DNA from: Acetothermia bacterium UBA3571
Lineage (GTDB): Bacteria > Bipolaricaulota > Bipolaricaulia > Bipolaricaulales > Bipolaricaulaceae
Length of the DNA stretch: 64,000 nt
Direction of reading: 5' to 3'
NCBI GenBank assembly: GCA_002375995.1
Contig: DFNI01000011.1
Location: 13,333 to 77,332, forward strand
In this document: positions 26,615 through 37,812 of the stretch, in pieces
How positions within the stretch are numbered: position 1 is the stretch's first letter
Layout of the letters: each line of letters starts with the position of its first letter
Made by a program: the position numbers and the translations under genes
The notes under the pieces: generated by a model
The model's database searches: none
Seen by the model: only the letters and a program-made list of their open reading frames with translations
Told to the model about the DNA's origin: nothing

Positions 26615-28158
26615 TCCCAGCCCACCACCTTTCGCACCACATCGATCACCGTCCCGTCCCGCCACTGGATCAGGGCCACGATCTCGTCGCCGAAGACGGG
26701 ACGCTTCCCCTTTCCCACGAGCCGCTCCGCCTCGGCCCGCATCTCCTCCAACGTCCGCACCGGAAGCCCGGCTCGCTTCAGGTCCTCCCGGAGGTCCGGG
26801 CGGCGGGGGTTCACCGCGATCCCCCGCTCGGTGACGACCAGGTCCACCACCTCGCCCGGGGTGGTCACCGTGGTCACGGAGTCCCGGATGGTGGGGATGC
26901 GGCCCCGGATGGTGGGAATAGTGATGATGGTCACCTTGGCCCCGGAGGCTACGTCCTGGTGTCCCCCGATCCCGTGCAGAAGCTGCCCGTCGGAGTGGGT
27001 GTTCACGTTCACGTTGAACTCAAGGTCCACCTCTGTCCCTCCCAGGAACGCGAAGTCCAGCATGTAGGTGGCGCAACCCCGGGAGTTGTAGTCGGCGTAG
27101 AACCCGGGGGTGATGATCTGATGCCGGGGATGCTCCCGGAGGAACTCCACCGACTGGGCGTCGAAGGCCTGGCCGTCCAGGATCGCCCCTACCAACCCTT
27201 CCTGGAGCATGTCGGTGAGGAACCGGGTGACCCCCCCAATGGCGAAGGCCGCCCTTACCTTGCGGCGCCGCATCTCTTGCGCGATGAAGTCGGTGGCGGC
27301 CAGCGATATCCCCCCGGCCCCGGCCTGGAACCCCATGCCCTCCCGCACCAGCCCCGCGGCGATCACCGCGTCCGCGGCGAGCTTGGCGATGCGGAGCTGT
27401 GTGGGGGAACGGGTGATCCGCAGGGTCCCCGTGGCGATCCCCCCAGGGTCCCCCACCCGGTCCACGGTGACCACGTAGTCCACGTACCCCTGTTCAATCT
27501 CGGCGGGAATGGCGGGGTAGGGGACGAGGTTGTCGGTGACCACCACCACTTTGTCGGCGTACCAGGAATCCGCCACGGAAAACGAGATGGGACCGCAGGC
27601 GTTGGGCCCCCACATGCCGTTGGCGTTCCCGTAGGGATCGGCGGTGGGAGCGGCGATGAAGGCCACGTCGATGTGGACCTCCCCACACTCGATCGCCCGC
27701 CACCTCCCCCCGTGGGAACGCAACACCGCCGGCTCGCGGAGCTTCCCCCCCTGCGACACGAACGCCCCCACCGGGCCGTTCATGGAGCCCTCGATCCGCG
27801 TCACCACCCCCTCCTCGATGTAGGGGATGAGGGGTTCGTGGCAGGGGAAGAGGGCAGTGGGAAATAGCCGGAGGTCCTTTATCCCGATCCTGGCACAGGC
27901 CTCCACCACCTTGAGGACCAGGAGATCGCCGTTCCTGAAGGAATGGTGAAAGGAGATGGTCATCCCGTCGGAGAGCCCCACCCGCCGGATCGCCTCCTCC
28001 AGCGAGGGGAGAACCTTGTCCTCGCCGGGCCGGATTGTTTTCAGGGGCGGGGAGGCCTTCCTCCCCTCGGGCACGGTGGCGAACGCCCCCTGGAAGGGGC
28101 GCAGCGGTTTCCCTTGGATCTCCTCCGGGATCTCCCGTCCCACGGCGTTACGCGGCAT
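26611..28158 (-). CDS. citF: Citrate lyase alpha subunit (citrate CoA-transferase, CitF)
   Basis: About 515 aa with CitF-family similarity throughout; overlaps the upstream citD-citE fusion gene. Confidence 0.85.
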   Translation of the reverse strand: MPRNAVGREIPEEIQGKPLRPFQGAFATVPEGRKASPPLKTIRPGEDKVLPSLEEAIRRVGLSDGMTISFHHSFRNGDLLVLKVVEACARIGIKDLRLFPTALFPCHEPLIPYIEEGVVTRIEGSMNGPVGAFVSQGGKLREPAVLRSHGGRWRAIECGEVHIDVAFIAAPTADPYGNANGMWGPNACGPISFSVADSWYADKVVVVTDNLVPYPAIPAEIEQGYVDYVVTVDRVGDPGGIATGTLRITRSPTQLRIAKLAADAVIAAGLVREGMGFQAGAGGISLAATDFIAQEMRRRKVRAAFAIGGVTRFLTDMLQEGLVGAILDGQAFDAQSVEFLREHPRHQIITPGFYADYNSRGCATYMLDFAFLGGTEVDLEFNVNVNTHSDGQLLHGIGGHQDVASGAKVTIITIPTIRGRIPTIRDSVTTVTTPGEVVDLVVTERGIAVNPRRPDLREDLKRAGLPVRTLEEMRAEAERLVGKGKRPVFGDEIVALIQWRDGTVIDVVRKVVGWE

Positions 28159-29341
28159 CTCCCACCTCCATTCGCATCGCCCGGGCCATTTCCAAGATCC
28201 TCTTGGCGCGCAGGACCACCGGCCGGTCCACCATCCTTCCCTCGTAACTTACGACGCCCAGCCCCTTGCGCTCCGCCTCCTCGGCCGCGGCCACCACCCC
28301 CTTGGCCCAGGAGAGCTCATCTGGGGTAGGGGCGAAGGCGCGGTGGATAGGTTCGATCTGGAGGGGGTGGATGGCCCCCTTCCCGTCGAACCCCAGGGCC
28401 TTGGCCCTTTTGGCTTCCTCATAAAGCCCCTCCTCGTCCTCGGCGTCGGGGAACACCGTGTCCGAGGCTTGGACCCCCGCGGCGGCCGCGGCGGCGGCGA
28501 TCCCGGACCGGGCCCAGAGCAACGCCTCCCACGAGCGCTCACAACCCACCTCGGCGGTGTAGTCCTCGGCCCCGAAGGCCAGACACGCCACCCGCTCCGA
28601 GGCCTTGGCGATCTCCGGCGCGGCGAGGACCCCCTTGGGGGATTCGATGATGGGCATGATCCACACAAGCCACGGGATCCCATAGCGTCCCTCGAGCTCA
28701 TATAGGATCCCGGCGAGCTCTGCCACCTCCACGGGGGATTCAGCCTTGGGGAGGCAGATCCCGTGGGGCCGGCCAAGGAGCACCACCTCCAGGTCCTCCC
28801 GCCCTCCCCGGGTCAAGGGGTTGATCCTTACCCAAACCTCCGTATCCCCAAAATCCATGGCCGAGAGGACCTCCCGCACCAGGAACTGGGCGGCGTCCTT
28901 CTCCGCCGGGGGGACCGAATCCTCGAGGTCGAGGATCACGCAGTCGGGTCCGAATACGTCGACGAAGGCCAGGACCCGGGCGTTGTTTCCGGGAACGTAC
29001 AGGCGCGAGCGCCTAAGCCTCCCTTTGGGAGTCCCTTCGCGGGCCACCCTAATGGGCGCGGGCCGGCGGAAGGCCTCCCCGTTTTCGCTGGCCCGCTTGA
29101 GGGCGCAGAGCAACCGTGCCCGGATAACGTGGTCGTAGGCCCCCTGCTCCCGCACCTCTACCTCCGCCCCGGTCACCCCCAAGGTCCGGAGCGTCCCCTC
29201 CACCACCTCCCGGATGCGGTCCTCGTACATGGGTCCAGTTTTAGAAGCGATGTGGACGGAGATGGCGTCCGCGGGGCGCACGCTCACCCACGCATCGGAG
29301 CGCTCGTCGGAACCACAGCTCGCTTCCCGCTTGAGTTCCAT
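28148..29341 (-). CDS. Citrate lyase gamma (acyl carrier, CitD) fused to the beta (citryl-CoA lyase, CitE) subunit
   Basis: The N-terminal roughly 95 aa match CitD (prosthetic-group Ser region SDERSDAWVSV; AYDHVIRARLLCALKRA versus CitD ALDCILRARLEALLARA); the remainder is HpcH/HpaI-aldolase-like CitE. Confidence 0.8.
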   Translation of the reverse strand: MELKREASCGSDERSDAWVSVRPADAISVHIASKTGPMYEDRIREVVEGTLRTLGVTGAEVEVREQGAYDHVIRARLLCALKRASENGEAFRRPAPIRVAREGTPKGRLRRSRLYVPGNNARVLAFVDVFGPDCVILDLEDSVPPAEKDAAQFLVREVLSAMDFGDTEVWVRINPLTRGGREDLEVVLLGRPHGICLPKAESPVEVAELAGILYELEGRYGIPWLVWIMPIIESPKGVLAAPEIAKASERVACLAFGAEDYTAEVGCERSWEALLWARSGIAAAAAAAGVQASDTVFPDAEDEEGLYEEAKRAKALGFDGKGAIHPLQIEPIHRAFAPTPDELSWAKGVVAAAEEAERKGLGVVSYEGRMVDRPVVLRAKRILEMARAMRMEVGDAA

Positions 29342-29398
29342 GGACTCCCTCCTCGTCGCATTGTAGCCGGGGGCAAGCCTTTTCGAAAAACCGCTCCT

Positions 29399-30660
29399 TT
29401 AAGGGTAGACGTAGGCCGGGGTAGAGAGATAGAGCCTGTGTCTTTCAAGCTCGAATACGAACTCCGCGAAGAACGCACACCAACCCGTGGGGGGCCGCGG
29501 GACGACGGCGGAGAACGCACTGCCCGTTCCCTCCAGGGGCCGCTCCTCCCAGGTCACTTCGCGGAAGTCGCGTACGTGGTTTTGAGCGTACCAGAGCCGC
29601 GCCTCTACGGGCTCGGGGCTCACCTCCACCGTGAGCTTCGTCTCATCGGGCCCGACCCCGAGCGTGGGCTCGATCCCGGGGAGCCCCTTCCCCTCCATCG
29701 CCGCCCGGGAAAACGCCACCAGGCTCCCGATCACCCGCTCTTCGTCCCCCAGGGAGTGGCCCGCGTTGGGGACGTAAAGCACGTGCTTGGGCGCGGGGAG
29801 GCCGTCCCAGTAGAGGGAGAGGGCGTCTATAGGCCAGTAATGATCGTTGGCCCCGAGGACAAGCAGCTTGGGCATGGTGAGCCGGTACCGGTAGGTATAG
29901 GGGTCCACCAGCCAAAGGAGCTTGACCCACCGGGGATCGCCCTGGCCCGCCAGGAGCCCCTCCGCCACATACGGGGAGATGCGGGGCGAGACATCCCCCC
30001 AGAAGGAGATCTGGTGCCCCACCTGTGCCTCGATGTTCAGGATGTCGAACACAAGCGGCGCGATCCCCAACACTTTCTCCGGGGCCGCCGCGGCCGAAAG
30101 GTAGGTGGTCCAGCCGCGCTTGGAGGCCCCGGAAAGCACGAAGCCCCGGAGGGAAACGCCCCGCTCCCCCATGTACTCCTCCAGGGCCTCCATGGCCGAA
30201 AGGACGCTGCGCACCATGGGAAAAAGGAGCGGCCAATCGGGATCCCCCTCCTCGATGTAACGGCGGAAGGTGTAGGCGATGAGGTCGTCCTCCCACCGGT
30301 CGAACAGGGGTTGATTCGGGACCCCAAAGAGCAGGGCCACCGGGGCCCGGATCTTGTGGGCCACCTCCAGTCCCTGGAACTCATCCCCGGCTCGGTAATT
30401 GCCCCCGATGTAGAGGAAGACCGCGTCGCTGAGCTCAGGGACTTGTGGCATGCAGAGGAAGAGGCGGTGCTCCCAGGGAATGCCCCGCCAAACCTGGGAG
30501 CGGAGCCGGATCTCTTGGATGAGGCCCGTTTTGCGCACAAGCTCCCAGGAGGCCTGACCACGGGTATCCGCGAGATACCGGAAGAAGTCTGATGGGAAAG
30601 GTCCGCCCGCCATGGCACCTCCTGCCAACAAACCCAACAAGATCAATGCCCAGGCGATCC

Positions 30661-30664
<4 letters not shown>
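29399..30664 (-). CDS. Secreted alpha/beta-hydrolase, PhoPQ-activated pathogenicity-related (PqaA) family-like
   Basis: Signal peptide MRIAWALILLGLLAGGAMA; nucleophile-elbow-like GASKRGW; family assignment from overall resemblance (moderate). Confidence 0.5.
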
Positions 30665-31416
<752 letters not shown>

Positions 31417-31619
31417 ATCTCCTCCTTTCCATTGCCATTTCCCACTTGCAGGGCTTATGATAACGGGAACTTCATGGCGGGAAGGGAGAGCCGGTGCCAC
31501 GGGAAAAGGGTGCGCCCAAGGGAAGAGGCGGGTTGTGGTTCCAGCTCCTCCTGTGGGCTCTTTTGTCTTTTGCTCTCTCCTTCGGCCGGGATCTCCCTTC
31601 CCTCCTAAAGGGGGTGTCC

Positions 31620-32381
31620 ATGAGCCTGATAGGAATAGCGGCGATAGTCGCCATCGTGGTCCTTTTTCTGACCAATGCCATCAAGATCGTGCGAGAGTAC
31701 GAGCGGGGCGTGATCTTCCGGCTGGGGAGGCTGGTGGGGGCCAAAGGCCCAGGACTTTTCTTCATCATCCCCATCGTGGACAAGATGGTGAAGGTGGACC
31801 TCCGTACCATCACCCTGGACGTCCCGCCCCAGGAGGTGATCACCCGCGACAACGTCCCGGTACACGTGAACGCGGTGGTCTACTTCCGGGTGATGAACCC
31901 CACCGACGCTGTCGTCCAAGTGATGGACTTCATCGAGGCCACCCGCCAGATCTCCATGACCACGTTGCGGTCGGTCCTGGGCAAGGTGGAGCTCGATGAG
32001 ATCCTCTCCGAGCGGGAGAAGCTCAACCAAGAACTCCAGCGGATCATCGACGAGCACACCGATCCGTGGGGGATCAAGGTGATCACGGTGGAGATAAAGG
32101 ACGTCAAGATCCCCCAGGAGATGCAGCGGGCCATCGCCCGCCAGGCCGAGGCCGAACGGGAGCGGCGCTCCAAGATCATCAACGCCGAAGGGGAGCTTCA
32201 GGCCGCGGAGAAGCTCCGCCAGGCCGCGGAGATCATGCAACGCTCCCCCGGCGCCCTACAGCTCCGGTACCTCCAGACCCTTTCCGAGATCGCCACCGAG
32301 AACGCCACCACGGTGGTCTTCCCCGTGCCCATCGACCTCCTCTCGGCCCTGCGGGGCCTGGGCACGGAGGGGCGGGAGTGA
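31620..32381 (+). CDS. SPFH/Band 7 (stomatin/slipin-like) membrane protein
   Basis: N-terminal TM, then an SPFH domain ([16 protein letters not shown]...[20 protein letters not shown]) and a C-terminal coiled coil; start at MSLIGIA. Confidence 0.8.
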   Translation: MSLIGIAAIVAIVVLFLTNAIKIVREYERGVIFRLGRLVGAKGPGLFFIIPIVDKMVKVDLRTITLDVPPQEVITRDNVPVHVNAVVYFRVMNPTDAVVQVMDFIEATRQISMTTLRSVLGKVELDEILSEREKLNQELQRIIDEHTDPWGIKVITVEIKDVKIPQEMQRAIARQAEAERERRSKIINAEGELQAAEKLRQAAEIMQRSPGALQLRYLQTLSEIATENATTVVFPVPIDLLSALRGLGTEGRE

Positions 32382-32391
32382 AGGGGGGCTG

Positions 32392-33141
32392 TTGAGGATC
32401 TGTGTGCTGGGGAGCGGCTCCTCCGGGAACGCGATCCTAGTAGAAGGCCCCCGGGGGTACGTGCTCGTGGACGCGGGTTTCTCCTGGCGGGAGATCAAGG
32501 CCCGGGCTAAGCGGGCCGGGTTCGAACTGGGAGGGATCGATGCCCTCGTCCTCACTCACGAGCACGCGGATCACATCCGGGGCTTGCGGACCCTTTATCG
32601 GCGGGGAACGACGATCGTCGCCAGCCCCGGGACCCTCGCGGCCTTGGGGCATCGGTTCCGCCGGGCCATCCCCCTGGATGGGGAAGTGGAGCTTTCGGGG
32701 CTTAGGATCGCCCCGTTCCCCGTGCCCCACGATGCCGCCGCCCCCCGGGGGTTGGTGCTGGGGAACGGGGAGACGCGGTTGGGGATCGCCACGGACCTGG
32801 GCGAGGTCACGGATCTCGTCCTGGAGAAGCTTGCCGGTTGTGAGGCTTTGGTATTCGAGGCCAACCACGACCTGGAGATGCTGCTTTCGGGGCCGTATCC
32901 GTGGGCGCTTAAACTCCGGATCCTCGGGCCGTTCGGGCACCTGTCCAACGATGCTGCGGGGGAAGCCCTGGCGGGGCTTTCCGAGGGAGCTGGGGCGATC
33001 TTCCTGGCCCACCTCTCCCAGGAAAATAACCGCCCGGATCTGGCCTTGGAGACGGTGGCCCGGTATCTCGACCGCTGGGACGGTGCCCTTTACCTCACGT
33101 ATCCCGACCGCCCCAGCGCCGTCCTCGATTTGGGACGTTGA
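32392..33141 (+). CDS. MBL-fold metallo-hydrolase
   Basis: HxHxDH motif (LTHEHADHIRG) plus downstream His/Asp ligands. Confidence 0.8.
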   Translation: MRICVLGSGSSGNAILVEGPRGYVLVDAGFSWREIKARAKRAGFELGGIDALVLTHEHADHIRGLRTLYRRGTTIVASPGTLAALGHRFRRAIPLDGEVELSGLRIAPFPVPHDAAAPRGLVLGNGETRLGIATDLGEVTDLVLEKLAGCEALVFEANHDLEMLLSGPYPWALKLRILGPFGHLSNDAAGEALAGLSEGAGAIFLAHLSQENNRPDLALETVARYLDRWDGALYLTYPDRPSAVLDLGR

Positions 33142-33198
33142 TGATCCTTTATAATTCGCGGGTCGCTGGCTCATCCCATCTCGACGGAGGTACAGGCG

Positions 33199-34362
33199 AT
33201 GATCGATCCGGTTGAGTTAGCGGCGGAATTGGTGCGCATAAAGAGCCTCTCCGGTAATGAAGGTGATTTGGCCGAATTCCTCACGAGGACGCTGAGGCGT
33301 TACATGCCGGTGGAACGGGGCCCCCTGGGGGCGGTGATCGCCGAGATCAGAAGCGGCGAGGGGCCCACCATCGTCTTCGAGGGCCACATGGACACTGTGC
33401 CCGCAGGGGACGAGGCGGCCTGGTCGGTGCCCCCGTTTTCGGGGGAGGAGAAACAGGGCTACGTTTGGGGGCGAGGGGCGGTGGACATGAAAGGGGGGAT
33501 CGCGGCCCAGATCGCGGCGGCCGTGGCCTCCCGGGAGCAGGTCCGGGGGACCCTGTACCTAGTATATGTCCCCCATGAAGAGACCGCCGAGGGCGCGGTG
33601 CTGGATCGGGTGCTCGACCTGATCGATGTCCCGGACCTGGTGGTATTGGGGGAGCCCTCGGACCTGAGGCTCGCCATTGGGCACCGGGGCCGAGCGGTGG
33701 TGAAGCTCCTGGCCCGGGGAAAGACCGCCCACGCCTCCATGCCGCAGCTTGGGCGTAACGCCATAAACCTCATGGTCAAGCAACTGCCCAAGGCGCTTTC
33801 CCGGGAGCTTCCCTCCGATCCCCTGTTGGGCAGCGGCACTCATACTCCCACCTCTATCTACACCCCCACCTGGGGTCCCATCGTTCCCGACCGCTGTGTG
33901 GTGGAGATAGACCGCCGGATCGTAGTGGGCGAGACCAGGGACTCGGTCCTAGCTAGCTACCGGGACCTGGATCTCGAGGCCGCCATCGCCCGGGAGGAGT
34001 TGAGGAGCTACACTGGGGAAACCTTCACCGTGGAGCACTTCTACCCCGCGTGGTACTTCGACCCCGGGGAGGGGTTCGTCCAGTGGGCGTGGCACGCCCT
34101 GGGCCATCCTCCGTTCCGGGTGTGGAAGTTCTCCACCGATGGAGTCGTTTCGGCGGGCACATACGAGCTTCCCACCATCGGCTACGGCCCCGGCGACGAG
34201 GCCCTGGCCCACCAGCCGGACGAACGCGTATCAGTTGGGGACATCGCCCGGGCGGCCGAGGGGTACAAGCGCCTGATAAAGCGAATGGAGGACTTACCTA
34301 AAGTCCTCGTGAGGCGGGAGCCCCTCCATCTCGTCCAGCGGCCCGAGAGGGAAGGCATTTGA
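33199..34362 (+). CDS. M20 family metallopeptidase (ArgE/DapE-like deacylase)
   Basis: HMDTVP, GAVDMKGG and GEPS motifs of the M20 family. Confidence 0.8.
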   Translation: MIDPVELAAELVRIKSLSGNEGDLAEFLTRTLRRYMPVERGPLGAVIAEIRSGEGPTIVFEGHMDTVPAGDEAAWSVPPFSGEEKQGYVWGRGAVDMKGGIAAQIAAAVASREQVRGTLYLVYVPHEETAEGAVLDRVLDLIDVPDLVVLGEPSDLRLAIGHRGRAVVKLLARGKTAHASMPQLGRNAINLMVKQLPKALSRELPSDPLLGSGTHTPTSIYTPTWGPIVPDRCVVEIDRRIVVGETRDSVLASYRDLDLEAAIAREELRSYTGETFTVEHFYPAWYFDPGEGFVQWAWHALGHPPFRVWKFSTDGVVSAGTYELPTIGYGPGDEALAHQPDERVSVGDIARAAEGYKRLIKRMEDLPKVLVRREPLHLVQRPEREGI

Positions 34363-35264
34363 TGGATACGGCCCTCGAATTCAGGGAGGTCCACAAATCC
34401 TTGGGGGGAAAGCTGATCCTCCGGGGGATTTCTTTTTCCGTGTACGTGGGGGATGTTTTCGGGTACCTGGGGCCGAACGGCGCCGGGAAGACCACCACCA
34501 TTCGGGTGCTCTTAGACCTCCTCCCTCCCGACGGAGGCGAGGTGCGGTTGTTCGGACGCCCATCCGATCCGGAGGCCCGGCGGCGGATCGGGTTCGTGTT
34601 GGAAAACGACGGCCTCTTCGACGGCCTCACGGCAGCGGAAAACCTGGCGTTGTTTGCCCGGCTCTACGGGGTTTCCCGGCCCAAGGTGGGGGAGTTATTA
34701 GAGCTTGTGGGACTTGGGGGGAAAGAGGGGGATCGTGTGGGAACCTTCTCCAAGGGGATGCGGCAGCGGCTGGCCCTGGCGAGGGCCCTCCTCCATGACC
34801 CCGAGCTTTTGGTCTTGGACGAGCCCACCGCGGGCCTCGATCCCACGGGCCAAATGGAGGTGCGGGAGCTCATCCGGGAGCTTGCGGGCGGAGGAAAGAC
34901 GGTGTTTCTGAGCTCTCACAACCTGGACGAGGTGGAGCGGTTATGTAACCGGATCGCCCTCATCCATCACGGAGAGATCCGGTTGCAGGGGGATATGCGC
35001 GAGCTCATGCGAGGAGACAAGACTGGTTACGTCGTGGAGCCGGCGGAGCCCTTGTCCCCCGAGCTCGTCGAAAGGCTACACTCCCGAATGGAATTGGGCT
35101 TCGTGGGAGAAGAAAGCGGGACGCTTCTCTTCGAGCCCCGGGAGGTGGGATTAGGGGAGCTCGTTTCCTCCCTAGAGGGTATGGGGATCGAGATCGAGGC
35201 AGTACGCCGGGCGCGGACTTCACTGGAGGAGCTCTACCGGGAGATAATGGCGGAGGAGGCATGA
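34359..35264 (+). CDS. ABC transporter ATP-binding protein (ABC-2 type exporter)
   Basis: Walker A GPNGAGKTT, signature LSKGMRQRL, Walker B LLVLDEPT. Confidence 0.85.
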   Translation: MMDTALEFREVHKSLGGKLILRGISFSVYVGDVFGYLGPNGAGKTTTIRVLLDLLPPDGGEVRLFGRPSDPEARRRIGFVLENDGLFDGLTAAENLALFARLYGVSRPKVGELLELVGLGGKEGDRVGTFSKGMRQRLALARALLHDPELLVLDEPTAGLDPTGQMEVRELIRELAGGGKTVFLSSHNLDEVERLCNRIALIHHGEIRLQGDMRELMRGDKTGYVVEPAEPLSPELVERLHSRMELGFVGEESGTLLFEPREVGLGELVSSLEGMGIEIEAVRRARTSLEELYREIMAEEA

Positions 35265-36007
35265 GCGGCTTCCTTGTGATCGCGGTCCATTCCCTCCGCG
35301 CGAACCTCCGCCACCGCCAAGGCCTCATCGGCGTCGCCGTCGTCGCAATAGGCATTGTGCCCGTCTTCTTTGCTATGAGGGGGACGCTCCAAGAGCTTTT
35401 GGCCCGGGCGGATTGGGACGTGGTGAGGCCGTGGGTGGGGAACGCCCTGGGACTTTCGGGCTACCTCGTTTCCCTTTTGTGCGTGGTCTTCCTCGGGGTG
35501 ATGCTTGGGGTGGGCACCCTTACGCAGGAGAAGGCGAAGGGGGCGATGGAGACGCTGCTCGCGGCGCCGATCCGCGAAACAGCCCTTTGGTGGGCCAAAG
35601 TGGTGGCCTGTTTCCTGCCCGCGTTGGTGGTGGGGGTTCCGGTGACCCTGGGGATCCTCTGGGCTCTCAACGTTACCGCCATCGTCCCCGCGGTGGGGGA
35701 GATTTTCCTCCCGGCCCCCATATTGGCCACGGTGCTCCTCGGGGTCCCCGTGCTCGGGCTTGGGCTCGCGGCGTTGGTAAACCTAATAGGGCTTTTGGTG
35801 GCAAATCCCAATCTGGCCTCGCTTGCTGTGGTAGTGGTGGTGATCGCCATTTCCAATATCCTTCCCCGGTTGGGGCTTGAGTTCGCGAGCTGGGCATTCG
35901 CCTACGCCAACATGGCCGCAGGTGGCTTGGTTTTCGCGGGTTCAGTTGTTGCGGCCCGCTTTTTCCTCACGAAACAGCGGATCATCCTGAGCGCGCGGCG
36001 CCTCTAG
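35261..36007 (+). CDS. ABC-2 family transporter permease
   Basis: Six predicted TM segments; translationally coupled to the ABC ATPase. Confidence 0.7.
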   Translation: MSGFLVIAVHSLRANLRHRQGLIGVAVVAIGIVPVFFAMRGTLQELLARADWDVVRPWVGNALGLSGYLVSLLCVVFLGVMLGVGTLTQEKAKGAMETLLAAPIRETALWWAKVVACFLPALVVGVPVTLGILWALNVTAIVPAVGEIFLPAPILATVLLGVPVLGLGLAALVNLIGLLVANPNLASLAVVVVVIAISNILPRLGLEFASWAFAYANMAAGGLVFAGSVVAARFFLTKQRIILSARRL

Positions 36008-37184
36008 GCCCTCGGCAGAAGAGGACCGAAGCGAACCCCAGCGCGCTCACCCCCGCCATGGCCAGGAACGCCCCCTTGAGGCCGAAGGGCGTGGCCAGGG
36101 CGCCGGAGAGGAGGGGGCCGAACATCCCCCCGAGGGCGCGGCTGGAGTCGAAGAGCCCCAGGATCTCCCCTTGGCGCTCTATAGGGACCCGATCCCCAAG
36201 GTGCGCGGTGGAACCGATGTACAGGGAGCTGAACGCGATCCCAAGCAGCGCAAATCCGAGCCCGATCCCCAATGGATCCCGAGAGATCGCGAATACCAAC
36301 GGAACCAACACCGAGAGGCCGAACCCAGTGAGGAAAACGGCCCTCCTTCCGATGGCGTCGCTGATGCGGCCGAAAAGGAGCATCCCCACTACTTGGACGG
36401 CGTGGTTTAGGGCCGCCAGGGCCCCCATCGTCCCCGGAGATATCCCGAGCTCGGCCATGTAGACGTAGATAAACGCGAAGAACCCCGTGGTGCCCATCTG
36501 GCGCAGAAGGGCCCCGACAAAGAGGGGCAAAAAACCGCTCTCAAGGAGCAAGCGGAACCCGGCCCGCCTGGTGTGGTCGCGCTCGATCTGGGCATGGGGA
36601 AGCGGGAGGAGGACGGCGAGGCCAAATAAGGGCAGCAAGGCAAGCGAGGAAAAGCTTCCGCGGAAGCCCAGCCACCCAAGAAGCGCCCCGGCGGCCAGCT
36701 TCCCGAACATGAGTCCCGCCGAGCGGGAGGCGGTGATGTAGGAGAGGTTCCGCCCGCGGTTCCGGGCGGAGCTCAAGCTCGAGATGAGGGCCATGGCCAC
36801 CGCCGCGAGCCCTGCCCCGGCGAAGGCCCGCAGGAACCCGGCCCCGATGGCCAGGGACGCCGGGGGAAGGAGGGCCAGGCCCACTATTCCCACCACCCCC
36901 AACCCCATGGCGGAAAGGAGCAGGAATTTGTGGGGGAACCGATCGGACAACCTCCCCATGACAACGCCTCCCAACACGCTTCCCAAGGAGCGGGCACTGG
37001 TTCCCATGCCGATGAGGATATGCGAGGCCCCGAGGTACTTGAGGTAAAGCTGGAGGAGCATCCCCATGGCCGAGCCGGCGGTGTAGGAGGAGGCCAGTGC
37101 CATGGCCAGGGGAACGATCTGCTTCGCGATGCCGTTTTTTGTTTTTTCCACCGCGGTCCTCATGGGAGAAGGAGTGTAACCCAC
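35982..37184 (-). CDS. MFS transporter
   Basis: 12-TM organisation and MFS signature-like GRLSDRFP / GRISDAIGRR loops. Confidence 0.8.
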   Translation of the reverse strand: MGYTPSPMRTAVEKTKNGIAKQIVPLAMALASSYTAGSAMGMLLQLYLKYLGASHILIGMGTSARSLGSVLGGVVMGRLSDRFPHKFLLLSAMGLGVVGIVGLALLPPASLAIGAGFLRAFAGAGLAAVAMALISSLSSARNRGRNLSYITASRSAGLMFGKLAAGALLGWLGFRGSFSSLALLPLFGLAVLLPLPHAQIERDHTRRAGFRLLLESGFLPLFVGALLRQMGTTGFFAFIYVYMAELGISPGTMGALAALNHAVQVVGMLLFGRISDAIGRRAVFLTGFGLSVLVPLVFAISRDPLGIGLGFALLGIAFSSLYIGSTAHLGDRVPIERQGEILGLFDSSRALGGMFGPLLSGALATPFGLKGAFLAMAGVSALGFASVLFCRGPRGAARSG

Positions 37185-37218
37185 CGTTCCCCGGTACCCC
37201 AGTCGGGGAAGGAGGTAT

Positions 37219-37488
37219 TCAGAGGTACACGAAGTAACACACCTCCCACGCCGTCTTCAGGGACCACCCGAGGATGAGGGATAGATTAAGGACCGGAGCG
37301 ATCCGTTTTCCTTTAACCATGATATAAAGCGGGCCTGCCAAGGCCAGAAGCCGCAAGGCGATCAAGGAGGGGAGCTTTCCCGCTTCGACCTGGGGCAGGT
37401 AAAAGAGGGCCCTGATGGATATCTGCAGGAGGAACAGGGCCAAAAATAGTTTGGGATTGAGCCCGTGGCTTCTGAACATGCCCACCAT
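37219..37488 (-). CDS. Hypothetical small membrane protein (lower GC)
   Basis: C-terminal 89 aa of track ORF 37219..37752; the N-terminal part of that ORF is the antisense reading of the tRNA-Leu gene and is not coding. Confidence 0.3.
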   Translation of the reverse strand: MVGMFRSHGLNPKLFLALFLLQISIRALFYLPQVEAGKLPSLIALRLLALAGPLYIMVKGKRIAPVLNLSLILGWSLKTAWEVCYFVYL

Positions 37489-37640
37489 CCGCCCAACCAA
37501 ATATCTGGCCGCCAAAGTAGTCCCATTATATCCGCGAACCTTTCCCGCACTAGCCGCGATTGTCCCCTCGCGCCTCGGGTATGGCTTGCGGCGAGGTCCA
37601 AGCTGCCTCGGGACCCTTTTCGGGATAAAATATGAGTGCT

Positions 37641-37727
37641 GCGAAGGTGGCGGAATTGGCAGACGCGCTGGCCTTAGGAGCCAGTGCCCGTAAGGGCGTG
37701 CGGGTTCGACTCCCGCCCTTCGCACCA
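37641..37727 (+). tRNA. tRNA-Leu (anticodon TAG), CCA encoded
   Basis: Manual cloverleaf: acceptor GCGAAGG/CCTTCGC, anticodon loop CTTAGGA, long variable arm, T-loop TTCGACT. Confidence 0.85.
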
Positions 37728-37746
37728 AATTCTGTGACAGGTGACA

Positions 37747-37776
37747 CGTCATGGGTTAAAAAAGGGCGCCAAAGGC
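37747..37776. terminator. Bidirectional rho-independent terminator (AAAAAA-GGGCGCC-aaa-GGCGCCC-TTTTTT)
   Basis: Perfect 7-bp GC stem flanked by A- and T-runs between tRNA-Leu (+) and ctpA (-). Confidence 0.6.
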
Positions 37777-37812
37777 GCCCTTTTTTCCGATAATAAGGCC
37801 CTTTGGGCCCAG

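Noticed and set aside
37489-37752. N-terminal part of track ORF 37219..37752 (…VRRAGVEPARPYGHWLLRPARLPIPP…)
   Set aside because: It is the antisense translation of the tRNA-Leu gene at 37641-37727 and is not coding.
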